This document shows, piece after piece, positions 37,319 through 49,090 of a DNA stretch of 64,000 bases. Location: NCBI GenBank assembly GCA_009103225.1, contig RHPI01000026.1:62001-126000 (forward strand), read 5' to 3'. Under the pieces are notes generated by a model, which saw nothing but the letters and a program-made list of their open reading frames with translations, was not told the origin of the DNA and did no database searches. Every line of letters starts with the position of its first letter. Within the stretch, counting starts at the first letter, position 1. Both the position numbers and the translations under genes were made by a program. The DNA is from Chlorokybus atmophyticus. Lineage: Eukaryota; Plantae; Mesostigma and Chlorokybus algae.

Positions 37319-38404
37319 ATGGCTCGCTCCAGCCTCTGCCTCTCCGTGGCCTTGCTGCTCGGCCTCTGCGTCCTGCTTGGTGAGCTGATGCGTGTGACGC
37401 TGTCCTCAACATGCAAATGCCAACTGCTGCCTATGTGTTGTGAGCCTGCCTGCCTGCCTTGACGGCTTGTCTGCCCAACACCTGTTCAGCACTAGTCAGG
37501 CAGCTACTCAGTTCTGCTGCATGACTACACGCATGCATGCAAGCGTTGCACGCGTGAGAGGCCGCTGTGCACAATGCATGCACATGCACCTACACCCACC
37601 CACCTACCCACCCACCCAACGACAACTCTTCTAACACACTCTCTTCCTCAGGCAATGCTGGTGCTGCCAACGCCGAGGTCACACTCCACACTCGCCCCAA
37701 GTGGGCTCTCTGCACCGTGACTCCCTCCACCCCTTCCTCCACCTACTCCCTCTTCTTCCGTCCCCGCCTCTTCCTGGTGGACTCCGCCTCCCACACCCTC
37801 CTCGCCCGCGGCAAGTGCGTGCTGCGCATCACCAAGGCGTCGGGAGCTGTCGTGACGAAGCATGCCCAGTGCACGCTGAAAGTGAGTGCGATTATTGGAG
37901 GAGGAGATAGCAACGGGAGGAAGCTGCTGCAGGCGCCCCCGGCGATTTGCACGCTGATTACTGTCAAGATTCCCAAGGGAGTGAATATCAATGTGCTGGG
38001 ACTGAACATTGCCATCCCGTCTGGTCTCCGCGTGGTAAGAGACAGAAGAGTGAACTCTTTTTCGCTTGTGACTGCACATGTATACGGGTGCATGTGTGCA
38101 CTCATGTTGGTGGCTGTATACGTGTGTATGTATCAGCATGTGCGCATACGCGTATGCACACGTATGTGGGTACATGTCTGTGCGTGTGCATGTAACGTTG
38201 CATAGGTTGTAACTGTTGCTATACATGCGTTCTATGGTGCTTCCACCTTCTAACACTTGACACCTGCAGATCATCACGGGTACCGCTGGTTTGTTGGGCA
38301 ACCTCCTTTGCGATCTGAACGGTCTGCTGAGCGGTCTGAGCTTGACCAAGTTGCAGGCCATCGCCGACGCTTTGAACAACCTGCTGGCACAGCTTGGCGC
38401 TTAG
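37319..38404 (+). CDS. Secreted ~192-aa protein (signal peptide, beta-rich domain, RKLLQ motif, Leu-rich C-terminal domain) resembling an uncharacterised actinobacterial secreted family
   Basis: Exons 37319-37379, 37652-38034 and 38270-38404 are in phase. Signal peptide MARSSLCLSVALLLGLCVLLGNAGA. C-terminus CTLITVKIPKGVNINVLGLNIAIPSGLRV|IITGTAGLLGNLLCDLNGLLSGLSLTKLQAIADALNNLLAQLGA*. Confidence 0.85.
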
Positions 38405-39146
38405 GCTGCTGGCCATGCGTGAAGTGTGAACATTTTGTACTGAGAGATAGTGATAAAGCTGGTAGTTTGGCAAGAGGTCTTGTAACATGCAGGCTTGTTG
38501 TGGTTAATGGAGTTTGTATATGCGGTAGGAGTGTAGTGCAGTGTAGTTCATGAACTGGCGTCCGTTAGCAAATTGTGGAAACTGCTGAGATGTGGCATGG
38601 AGTATACTTTCTTTTTCCCGTTTTGGTTTCAACTTGACTTTTGGTTGGCTTAATGATGATGATTGTAACTTTGTACCTTTTGATAACAACCAGCCAACCA
38701 CAATATTTTACTCTTGGTATCAATGAGATCAAGCAAGCAGACACTTTGCATCACAATTTCACTTATCTCCTTGCAACTCACGTGCAAGTGCACAACCCGC
38801 CAAACAACACAAATATGTACCCAATCTTGTAGCAACAAAGATAGTGTGCCCTCAGGATCAACATCACACATCACGCGCCGGATTGTTGCAGTAATGTAAC
38901 AATACATTAGGTAGTGTGCACACGCTGTACACGCAAAGAAAGAGGTAGTAGCATATCACTCTTGCTGCAACAATACGATGTTGAAGGTTGGTACACTCTT
39001 GATATGGTGTGGTAGTGTACAGGTGTAACATTGGCTACCAGTTTTTGGACATCAGCTGCTGAGTTGTTGCACAGTTCAATGAATACTTTTGCCTTGTGGC
39101 GTTTTCAAGCTGACTGATTCTTGATTTCCTATTACAGAGTATATAA

Positions 39147-39330
39147 ATCACTTTGTATCACAAGCCAACAAGGAAACACTGCATATAAAAAGCACATTGT
39201 TCACCTTGTGTCACAGAAAACATTGATCACTTTGCATTACAAGCAGTCAACAAGGAAACACTGCACATAAAGAGCATATTGTTCACCTTGTGTCACAGGT
39301 ACTACTACATCAATTAACCAACAAGGAAAA
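39147..39330. repeat. Diverged ~79-bp tandem repeat (2 copies plus a partial) between two convergent genes
   Basis: atcactttg...caacaaggaaacactgca.ataaa.agca.attgttcaccttgtgtcacag occurs twice. Confidence 0.8.
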
Positions 39331-39512
39331 ACCGCATTATTGGTGGCAATAGCCACATATAAAGCATACACTTCGCATGCTTACACTTTAATGTAACCTA
39401 TTACACACCACTAACCCTACAGCTGACACGGTTCACAACACGTCAATCAATTAATCAATGCCTCTATCGCTACAGCCATATTCAATGCAAACAACGCAAC
39501 AACTCATCATGC

Positions 39513-42008
39513 TCACGCTTGTCGTGTGGCCGCATCATACGCTGCACGACACTCTTCAGGCAGCAACGCCTTGACCTCCATGACAGAAAATGATGGCTCA
39601 GGCAGTTTCTCAATGGCGGCCGCGCACACCTCCGGACGCAACTTCCACCTACGCAGCGTGCTCCTGTAGGACGGGATGGCGTCTAATGGGGGACCCCTCG
39701 CTGTGCAAGCCTGAGCAACAAAGCATGTTGTGAGTCCCACGCGTGCACACACACATACGTCACACAGAGGTAGCCAACGCAGGAACATGTGCATGTGGGT
39801 GGGTGGGTGCGCGCACGCATGTGTGTGTGCAAACAGTGCACACATGCATTCGGGCGCACTTGTGTGCGCATACGCCTGTGAGTGTTGACTTGTATGCAAG
39901 TCTGCACGCACACACATGCACATGTACGCACGCGCCCGCAAGCGCCTGTACAAACCAACATACCCAGTGATCGGTTCCAAGTCTGTGTAGGTAAAACCGC
40001 CACAGCGGTTGGTGTACGCCGTCGATCCAGACGCCAGCCCACTTCGCCCACACGTCGTCGCCGTCGTAGCGAAACTCCGCGCGGCACAGCGCAAACCCGA
40101 GCCCAGCACCAACCGCCTTCACGTAAGCCTCCTTCATCGTCCAGTACCTGTGACATGTAAACTCACACGTTGTCCACAGACTGTTGCTAAACCAAGGAGC
40201 TGCAAGCTTACACAGCTGTGCACATGCACACACTGCGGCAGTTGTGCATATCACTTCTTGAAGTCGCACAGACGCACACAAACGCACGCTCGCACGCACG
40301 CTTACTGTTAGTTGCCTAATATGTCTTTGACTGACATGGCGTCAAAAACTTGTGTGAGATACTTGTGCAAATGTGCGCTTCGCAATATGACAAGTAGCTA
40401 GCACTACACAGATACCCACCACCCACCTGTAGAACTGGTTCAGAAGTGCTTCATCCGAATCCGTTCCACCCGTCCTCATCGTCCTCCACTCCCGTTCCGT
40501 GAAGCAGTTCCTGAACGCTTCAATAAACGCCTCTGCCCCACTCTTCTTGCCAGAAGGAGCGTGTGACATGATGTCCGCGCCGGAGAGACACAGCGGCTCC
40601 GACGCGATCACCACGTAGTCGCCGTGGTGAGAAGCGTTGAAGTTGAAGTTGGGGAAGGGGCAAGAGGGGGGGAGGGGGGTGGCCTGTGGGTTGTGTGTGC
40701 TTTGAGAGGTGGCTGACAGAATCATGCTTGCTGGTTACTAAAGTCAGTTGTATACATGTGCGTGTGCGCGTGTGTGTGTGCATGTGCACACCCTCATGCG
40801 CACACAATGCGCGGGTGTGCGCATTCGCGTGCACGTATGTGTGCGTCTGTCTCAGCAACTCACCAGGAAGGGTTTGTTCTCGCGTGTGCGGCGGATGTCA
40901 ACGCGGTCGTACGGTATGCCCAGGACTTTATGGACAAGCTGACGCTGGAGCAGCCTTGACACCATTGCGCGCTTCCTGTCCTCCATCCTCATAAACCTGT
41001 TGAATTGCACGTTTGGTGAAGCACAACATGTGACAAACACACTCACAGGCACACCCACACACATACTTGCACATGCTAATGCTTTGCAATGAAGCTTACT
41101 TGATGCTCATGTTGTGTGTGTGTGTTGAAGCACAACAACACACGCACACGCGCACGCTCACGCTTGAATCATACCCTCTAGCAATCATACCGCCACCCAC
41201 ACCTACACCTACACTCACTCTCACTCTCGCGCTTACTTGTTGACTTGCTCTGTTTCGGCCTGGTCGAGCAACGACAAGCAGAGCTTCCACTCAGTGTCGC
41301 CGGGCTGCCAGGTCGCCGTGTTGACCGCCCAGCGCTGAACGCCCTCGGACATGACTGCCATGTCAACCTCACTGAGGTCGAGGTCGTCGGCTTCTTCAAA
41401 AGCAGCCTTGCCCACCACTGAAGACAACATACATATGTGTATGTTTGGTGTTGTGTGTATGCGTGTATATTTTGGGTTGTGTATCTCACTCTGCTGGCAA
41501 GCATTTTGGTAGTGGTGGCAATACCTGACTTGCTGGCTGCAAATGTGTGTGAGATGGAAGCTCAATGCAGACAACGCAAGTTGCATGGACGCAAAGAGTA
41601 CGTGCTGTGCAGCTCATGCACGCATGCTTGTATGGAATAGAATGCTTGCAACTGTGGAAGCGAGTGAAAAGACCAACCTGAGTGTGAAGGAGCGTGGTCA
41701 TGCTGCTGAGGTAGGGCGCCTAGCGGCCACACTTGTCTCGCCATGCTTGAGCACCGCTCGTAGTTGCTGTCGTAAGCTAGCGCTTCGTCAGGCAGCAGAA
41801 CAAGAGGGTCGTCCTCGACCTCGTCCTCGTCCTCCTCCTGCTCCTCTTTCTCCTGCTCAGCCTTATGGCTGTGCTTATCCTCCGCAGCGATATGCTGCAG
41901 GGCGGGCTTAAGCACTTCAATGCTGCTGCTGCTGCTGCCATGCTGGCAGTCTGATACTACCGGCACCGTACCTTCCGCTGCTACCTCGTGCCTCCACGTG
42001 GCGAGCAT
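39513..42008 (-). CDS. Sfp/AASDHPPT-type 4'-phosphopantetheinyl transferase, with a possible acidic N-terminal extension
   Basis: EGVQRWAVN, RFMRMEDRKRAMVSRLLQ, RTRENKPFL, FNFNASHHGDYVVIASEPLCLSGADIM, YRYWTMKEAYVKAVGAGL. The start at 42008 is tentative; the core could begin at MSEGVQRW near 41350. Confidence 0.9.
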
Positions 42009-42787
42009 GCCACGTGGAGGCACAGCGCTAGCTAACGGCCCCTGCCTCCTCCACCGCCGCCGCCGCCGTCTCCCCGCCCGGCAGCGTGGCCTGAACTGCT
42101 GTTAAGAGCTGACCGACGCCGCTTGACCGCCGTTAACTTTGACTGACGTTACGCAAGCTTTGAAGAATACGGTCAGGTGCGACGGATGACGGTGACCAGC
42201 GCTGCTTACGTCTTTAAGATACAGCATGCCTGTTGGTTAGCTCAACCAATCAATCTGCAGGTGAACCTGGTTTGTTAACCGCGGCGGCGGCGGCGGCGGT
42301 CTTGGTGTGGTTGCTGAGGTGATCGCTCACATACACACACATCTAGCGTATGTGAGTTGATGTGAGGAATAACACTCAGCAGAGTTGGGCTTGGATGTGT
42401 ACATTTGCAGCTGCTGATGGCTGTGTGTTGTGACACATTCCTGTATGCAACGTGTGCTGTCACTGCTCGCTGTTGGCAAGTGAGAATGAGCATCGTTTGT
42501 CATTGAAATTATGAACAAGTAGGTATTGCAGTGTCTCGATGCAAATATGCCATGCAGCTTGCTTGAGTGCGCGCATGTGTGCGTGTGCGTGTGTGAGCAT
42601 TCTCGAGCATTCTCTAACATTATTCAAGATTATTCAAGATACAGCTTCAAGTCGTCTTGCCGTCAATCACTATTGGAGTCATGTTCTCACAGCACAACAC
42701 ACCAGGTGAAGACGCCATACCATGCGCACACACCCACACACACCCACAACACGAGCTGAGACAACACTCCACCCCACAGCGCATGCG

Positions 42788-44721
42788 ATGTCGACCTCAT
42801 CCGTCGAAGACCCCATCACCGAGAACCTCAGTAACAATGCTGGTGCCGACGACGACGATCACTACACCACTGACGACGACTTCGAACCCTACGACGAGGA
42901 CTTCCACTCCGCCAACACCTCCATTAATGCCAACTCAGTCAGCAACGACGTCGAGGCCAGCGCAGACATCTCTGTCGCCTTCGTCAGGGCCAGCGATGAT
43001 GGCGGAGAGGAGGGCGAGGAGGCTTACAAGTCAGCGAGTGGAAGTGTTGGTGTGCGTGGCACGCAGAGTGTGAGCAACAGCGTGGACAACAGTGTGGGAT
43101 TCAGTGTGGGCATTAGTGAGAGTGTTGAAGATGGGAGCGTTGGGGAGGTGGGTGGTGGTGGAAGTGAGAGGGGTGGGAGTGGGTGTGGGAGTGGAGAAGG
43201 TGGGAGTGGAGAGGATGACGAAGGGGAGGAGTATTACAGTGAGAGATTTGAGACGGATGAGGTGAGTCTCTCTCCCTTTTCAGGTCCACACGCATGTACG
43301 CACTCGCTCACGCACAAGCACACGTGCGCGCGCTCTTGTACGCATACCTCCACATCCCCACACACGCGCCCGCCCGCCCGCCCGCATGTGCTTGCCATCA
43401 CACAACCCCTCACCCTTCACCCCTGACAGGACACCGCATCGCCAGCGAGCAGCACCAGCGTCGTTTCGTTGGCACGGGATGACACTGGGAGGTCAGTGTG
43501 GGCTGAGATGGAAGCGGATGTGCGGGCCAGGATGGCCGAGCGGATTGGGCGGGGAGGGAGGGCGAGAGGGAGGAGGAGACAGCGGGGAGGTACGGGTGTT
43601 GGTCGGGTGTTGGGATTGGTTTCTGCATGTGCGTGTGCGTGTGGGTAGGAGGGGGTGTTTACGCGTGCGTGCGTGTGTGCTTTTGTCCAACTCCTGTACT
43701 TGAGTTAGTCACTCCCTGCCTCACGCACTCGCACTCAGTCGCTCACACTTGCACGTACTCATTTACTCACATGCAGGGCCAAACCAACTACTGCCGAATG
43801 AAGTCTTGCACATCCTTTGCGAGCGAATAACCAGCCAAAGTGCAACAGACGCCAACTCTCAACTGCAACAACAGACACGCTTGCGTCGACCCGGCAAATG
43901 CCAACCCAACGCAACAGTGCCCGCGGACTGGCTCGCGAAGCTACGCGCCGCCAATGTCACCCACGCCATCAAACAGGTAGGACCTAACTGTGTGTGTGTG
44001 CTGTTGTGTGATGTGCATTCGCGCGCATGCGCGCGTGTGTGTGCGTGCGTGTGTGCGTGCGCATGTGCTTGTGGCGCGCATTTGTGTGCGACGCGCATCT
44101 GCGTGTGCACATGTGCGCGTGTTTGCATTCTTTCAACCACAAGTGACCCAATGTTGAAACATCCTCCAGCCACTTGATGACAAGTTCTCCACACGTCCAA
44201 CCATCCCGCCCTCGACTGCGCGTTCATCCTTCATCGACACCTCGACCGTGCGCTTGCAAGCCCGCGAGTACGACTCGGTCGTACTCACGGGTGGGACGCG
44301 CTTCACCCAACATCACGATGTGGTCTCTCAGATAGGAGACTTCTTCCAACAATTGACTACCATGCAACGAGCGCGTGACAGCGAGTCCACATTTGCACGC
44401 ACGGCGGGGGAGCTGTTGGGTGAAGTGTTATTGGGTGGTGAACAGAGAAGGGAGAGGTGTTATCTTAGTGCGAGGGATGTGTTGTGGGAGAGTGAGGGGG
44501 TGCGGCTGAAGGCAGACAAGTTGTTGTTGGGTGAGGATCTTGTTGCGGATGTTGTGAGTGGGGTGGCCGAGGAGGCGGTGAGGTTGCGCAAGGAAGTGGA
44601 GGAGGCCAGAAGAGAGGTGTTGTTGGGTCGGGAAGAAAGAGGAGGAGAAGACCTGTTTGCAAGGGTGCTGCAGGAGAGCAAACAGCTGAGGCATACTGCG
44701 GCTGCCATCCTTTCCAAGTGA
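42788..44721 (+). CDS. Hypothetical protein with an acidic low-complexity N-terminus and a helical C-terminus
   Basis: Four in-phase GT-AG exons joining ORFs 42722-43426, 43749-44177 and 44248-44721. No recognisable domain. Confidence 0.65.
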
Positions 44722-45152
44722 CGGGTTGGGTGTATAGTGTTGTGTAGGTGTACAGGTGAGTTTATAGCGTGTACATGTTGACATATACCCAACCATTGTA
44801 TATCGTGGCTCATGGTAAATGTGCTACTATATTACTGGTTCTCGCTCAAAAGACAAGCCCATTGCAGCTGTTCAAGTAACATCCAACTTGTTGCGACAGT
44901 TGTGGAAACAGCTTGACATATCGAATGATTTTACTACACAGCAAGTTTCTAACAGTGGGAATTCCCCTGAGCCTCCATTGTAACCATCATAACAATGGGA
45001 AAGAATGTGTGTGTATACCCCTAAACAACTCCTCTCTCTCTTGCTGGCCACCGGCTTGCTTTCGCACCGATTAGCAACCACCAGCAGCAGCAACAAATAC
45101 TACCTCTTCTCTATCCCATGTGTTCACCCCTTAGCGCGTGAGACTTGTCGAA

Positions 45153-47565
45153 TCACAGCGTGTTGGTGTTGAGTGCAGCGGCGGGCTGTTCAAACTCGGG
45201 GAGTGCGGTCATCATCTCCTTCTTGACGAAGGCCGACAGCTGCCAGGACGCCAGCTCGAAGGCCACGAAGGCCGCCGCGTTCGTTGGGAACGCGCGCAGG
45301 ATCGCGGGGACGAAACCGGCGTAGAGACCACGTACACCGGAAGTCCTCGCCAACTGTTCACACGCATATATACACATGAACGTTGTTATGCTGTGTTGTT
45401 GCAATGTCCAGACGCAATTGAGTTGTGCATACGCTGGCGTGCAACAACATCCTGATCTCATGCCTCATGTGTGGTGTTTAGATCAAAAGGTGCTTACTAA
45501 CAAATCAACGAGTAGTAAAGGCATCATATGTAGGGTTGCAATGATGTGGTGGTGAATGTGGCAAGCAGCACATACCACATGGAGCTGTTGGAAAACGGTC
45601 CCCCGTGCAGCGCCCGCGATGGCCTCGGTCTGTATCCTGGTCTTGATGACATCAACTGGCAACACTATCGCCCAGAACTGCACATCGTGCGATGATGTCA
45701 ACTATGCATTCAAGGTGTCAAGTAAATATAAGTGCCCGCATAGGCATGCGGGCACTGATCACGCACAGCATCCTACACGAATTCGCACAAATGTAGACGC
45801 ACGCACGCAAGAAGACACACGCGCCATACGTGCACGCACAGGCACAGGCACAGGCATGCGCGCTTGAACACACGAACACGCACACGCACACGCACACGCA
45901 CACTGGCACATGCACGCACACACGCATGCACGATACACAAGCGAGACATCCACTCTCAACATGGTGAACTCTCCACTCACCGCTACCCCAGCGAGTCCCC
46001 CCGATACCACCGCCGCCGCCCCCTCCACCGCGACCTTCCTCGCCGTGATACTGCTATCTGCGCGGTCGGCCTCCGTCGCGCCGAGCCAGCGGGCGACGCG
46101 AGGCCGCAGCGCCTCGTACGACGCGAAGTAGGCCACGTTGCCGGGGGACTCGCGGAGGACCGTCGCCCCAAAACCTCTGAACAAGCCACGGACCTGGGGG
46201 ACAACATGACAGGATCACACTGATGGTACTGTAAGACAACACGCAAGGCATCTCAGCAACACAGTGTTGTGTATACTGTTTTTTGCTGGGCAAGGCACAT
46301 CATCGAACATATCAGCAGTATGGTCTGGTGAGCATACTCCAAGATCGAGTGGTAATGAAAGAAGTCGCACGCTGATCGGCAAGTATTGGGCTTGATGCAA
46401 GGTTTTAGTTCCATCAGTATGCATGCAGATATTCGATACAACACACGTGCGCACGCTTACCCCCTCTGTGGCGACGGTCTTGCGCACAACGTCCATGGCG
46501 CCGCCGTACCCCGCGCCTCCCATGCCCACTTGCATCCGACACTGGAAGGAAAAATCCTCAATTGCAACCCAACATTGTTACAAGTAATGGGAATGGACAA
46601 GGAGAACTAGTGTCTTACCTTCACGAGCTCCACAGGCGTGAGTATGCCCGCCACCGCTGCACCAGCGGCCGCGCCACCCAGAGCGACAGCCTTCCAACTG
46701 GTCGTGCCGTCCTTGTTGGCCTGTACGTAAGTCAGTGTTTGAGTTATGCTGTTATGCATGTAGTACACATCTTTTGTTGGGATGACATGTTGTGTGTGCG
46801 TGTGAATATGCTCCCATACGCAAACGCATGCATCGCGCTTGTCCATACCTGTGCGCAGCACGCGCACACCCACACATGTTCATGTTTGTATAAGTGCACA
46901 CGCACGCACGCACGCGCACCCACTCATGCAAGTGTCACGTGAGTGTTTCAGCGTACACGCACACATACACACACAAATGCAAGCGCGCGCACGCATGCAC
47001 ACTTACCCTTGTGTGCATACATTCTCGCATGCGCGCACTTATACATCACTATCATCTGCTGAACCAACAAGATCCGCATCCTGAATGACAGTTTCCAACC
47101 TCTCCACTCACCGGCAGTGCCTTCTTCACGCCGCTGTACACAGCAAACAGCACCGCATTCTCCAACGGCGATCCTATCAACGGGGAGGAGGCGCCCCTGT
47201 ACAAACCCCGCACCTGCAACCAAAAACAGCGTGCATGACGTCAAACGACTTGTTTGTAAACAAGAAACAGCTGCCAACACAGTAACACAACATAGCATAA
47301 CACAAGCGTACCCCTTCGTGACGCATGATGTCCGTGAAACAGTGCCACAAGCCTCGGTACTGCCGTCTAGCCGCTTGCGACTGCAACCGAACCTGATTTC
47401 ACATCGAGTGTCAATACACAAATCAAGTCTAACAACCATCCAACGGATTAGCACAAACAATACGATACGCACCTTGCAGGTGTCGAAAGGGTGGCCGGCG
47501 GCGACGCTGGCCACGCCGGCAGCCACGCCAGCGGCGAAATCGGCGAACCCTTGAGACATCACCAT
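45153..47565 (-). CDS. Mitochondrial carrier (SLC25), basic amino acid/ornithine-carnitine carrier clade, BAC1-like
   Basis: Three PX[DE]XX[KR] signatures: GHPFDTCKVRLQ, LTPVELVKCRMQ and LPVDVIKTRIQ. Also GLYAGFVPAILRAFPTNAAAFVAFE. Confidence 0.92.
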
Positions 47566-48018
47566 TGCGTGTGCTTGTGCTTCTTGCGCGCGAGAGAGAG
47601 TGGCCACACGAGCCTCACTCGCTCTCGAGAGAAAATGCTAGGAGGAGGACAATGCAACACCACCAGCCATTGTTGTTGTTGTTGTTGTTGTTGTTGACGA
47701 CGTGTCAAGTGTTGGTCAAGAGGGTGCTGTGTAAGGAATCAGTTGGCACAAGCCCGTGTGTTGTAGGTAAGGCTTGTGTGTGTTGTTGCAATTGCACAGC
47801 TTGTCTGCTTGGCAATCTGGGTCACAACCTGATTTGCGACACACAACAGAAGCGTGAGATCAGCGCTTCTGAAACAACTACCGACGACATGACTATGAGT
47901 GCTTTTCTTCAATGATAATCAAACATTGAGAGTAACCAAAGAGAGATCCAGCATGTGTTGCTCGTTGTGTGGTTATTGAGATATTTAGTAACATGTGTGT
48001 GTATGTGTGCGGGGGGGG

Positions 48019-48203
48019 NNNNNNNNNNNNNNNNNNNNNNNNNNNNNNNNNNNNNNNNNNNNNNNNNNNNNNNNNNNNNNNNNNNNNNNNNNNNNNNNNN
48101 NNNNNNNNNNNNNNNNNNNNNNNNNNNNNNNNNNNNNNNNNNNNNNNNNNNNNNNNNNNNNNNNNNNNNNNNNNNNNNNNNNNNNNNNNNNNNNNNNNNN
48201 NNN
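48019..48203. other. Assembly gap (N run)
   Basis: N run flanked by poly-G. Confidence 1.
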
Positions 48204-49090
48204 GGGACATTTGTTTTATTCTCACTAAGATACTGCCACCATATCCCAACCTACGCTAGTAGCATCTTCGTTAATGATGAAATATGGGTCACTTGCCTGT
48301 AGCAGAATGCTATTCAGGCAAACAGTGAGCGCACCATCCGAGGCCACTTTAATGAATCATTATCAACACCATTACCAGTCGAAGTTACTGTCCATGCCAC
48401 TGTTCACACCGAAGTGCTTGCACCAGATTGATATGATGTTTTCCGTAGACCAACACGAGAGCTACTAAGAATCTGTTTCAAGCAAGTCAAACTCAGCTTA
48501 CAGACAGAACAAAAAGTAGCCCCCAAGCAAGCCTCACCAGCACCCAGCCTGCCCCTCCACCAAAAGACCCTCTCCGATCAGCTCAGTCGAGTTCACAGCC
48601 TTCCAAAGCACAGCTATTCAAACAACAGCTTGCACACAGCTTCGCCCCTTCCGCTAGCTTTCCCAGTGGCCCCAACAAAACCAATCCAGCCACGCCTCCC
48701 GCCGCCGTGAAGCTTGTGTGTGTGCACAGTGTGTCTTGAACCGGCGGCCCCCATCATCATGTTATGTACTCACACGTAAGTACTCAACTACAGCTCACTC
48801 CCCTAACGTTTCCGGTGCCATTGTGACCGCGCAACGCTGCCAGCAGAGAGCTGCGGAAATCACATAACGTTATGAAGCGCGTCTGTTCCTCTCTGGGTGG
48901 CATACATGACACTGTCGATATCACGCAATCAGCTCGATATCGCCACTCGCCCGGAATAGCAGCTGTTGTTGTTTACTGGAAAGGTGACACGTGGCGGCTG
49001 CTGTCGCTGTCGCCGCCGCCGTCGCCGCCGAAGGAGAAGGGGAAGAGGAGGAGGGGGAGCAGGAAGGAGAGGGGGAGGAGGGGGTAAGCG

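Noticed and set aside
48300-48700. Semi-open plus-strand frame after the gap
   Set aside because: It contains an internal stop, has no start or splice context, and shows no recognisable homology.
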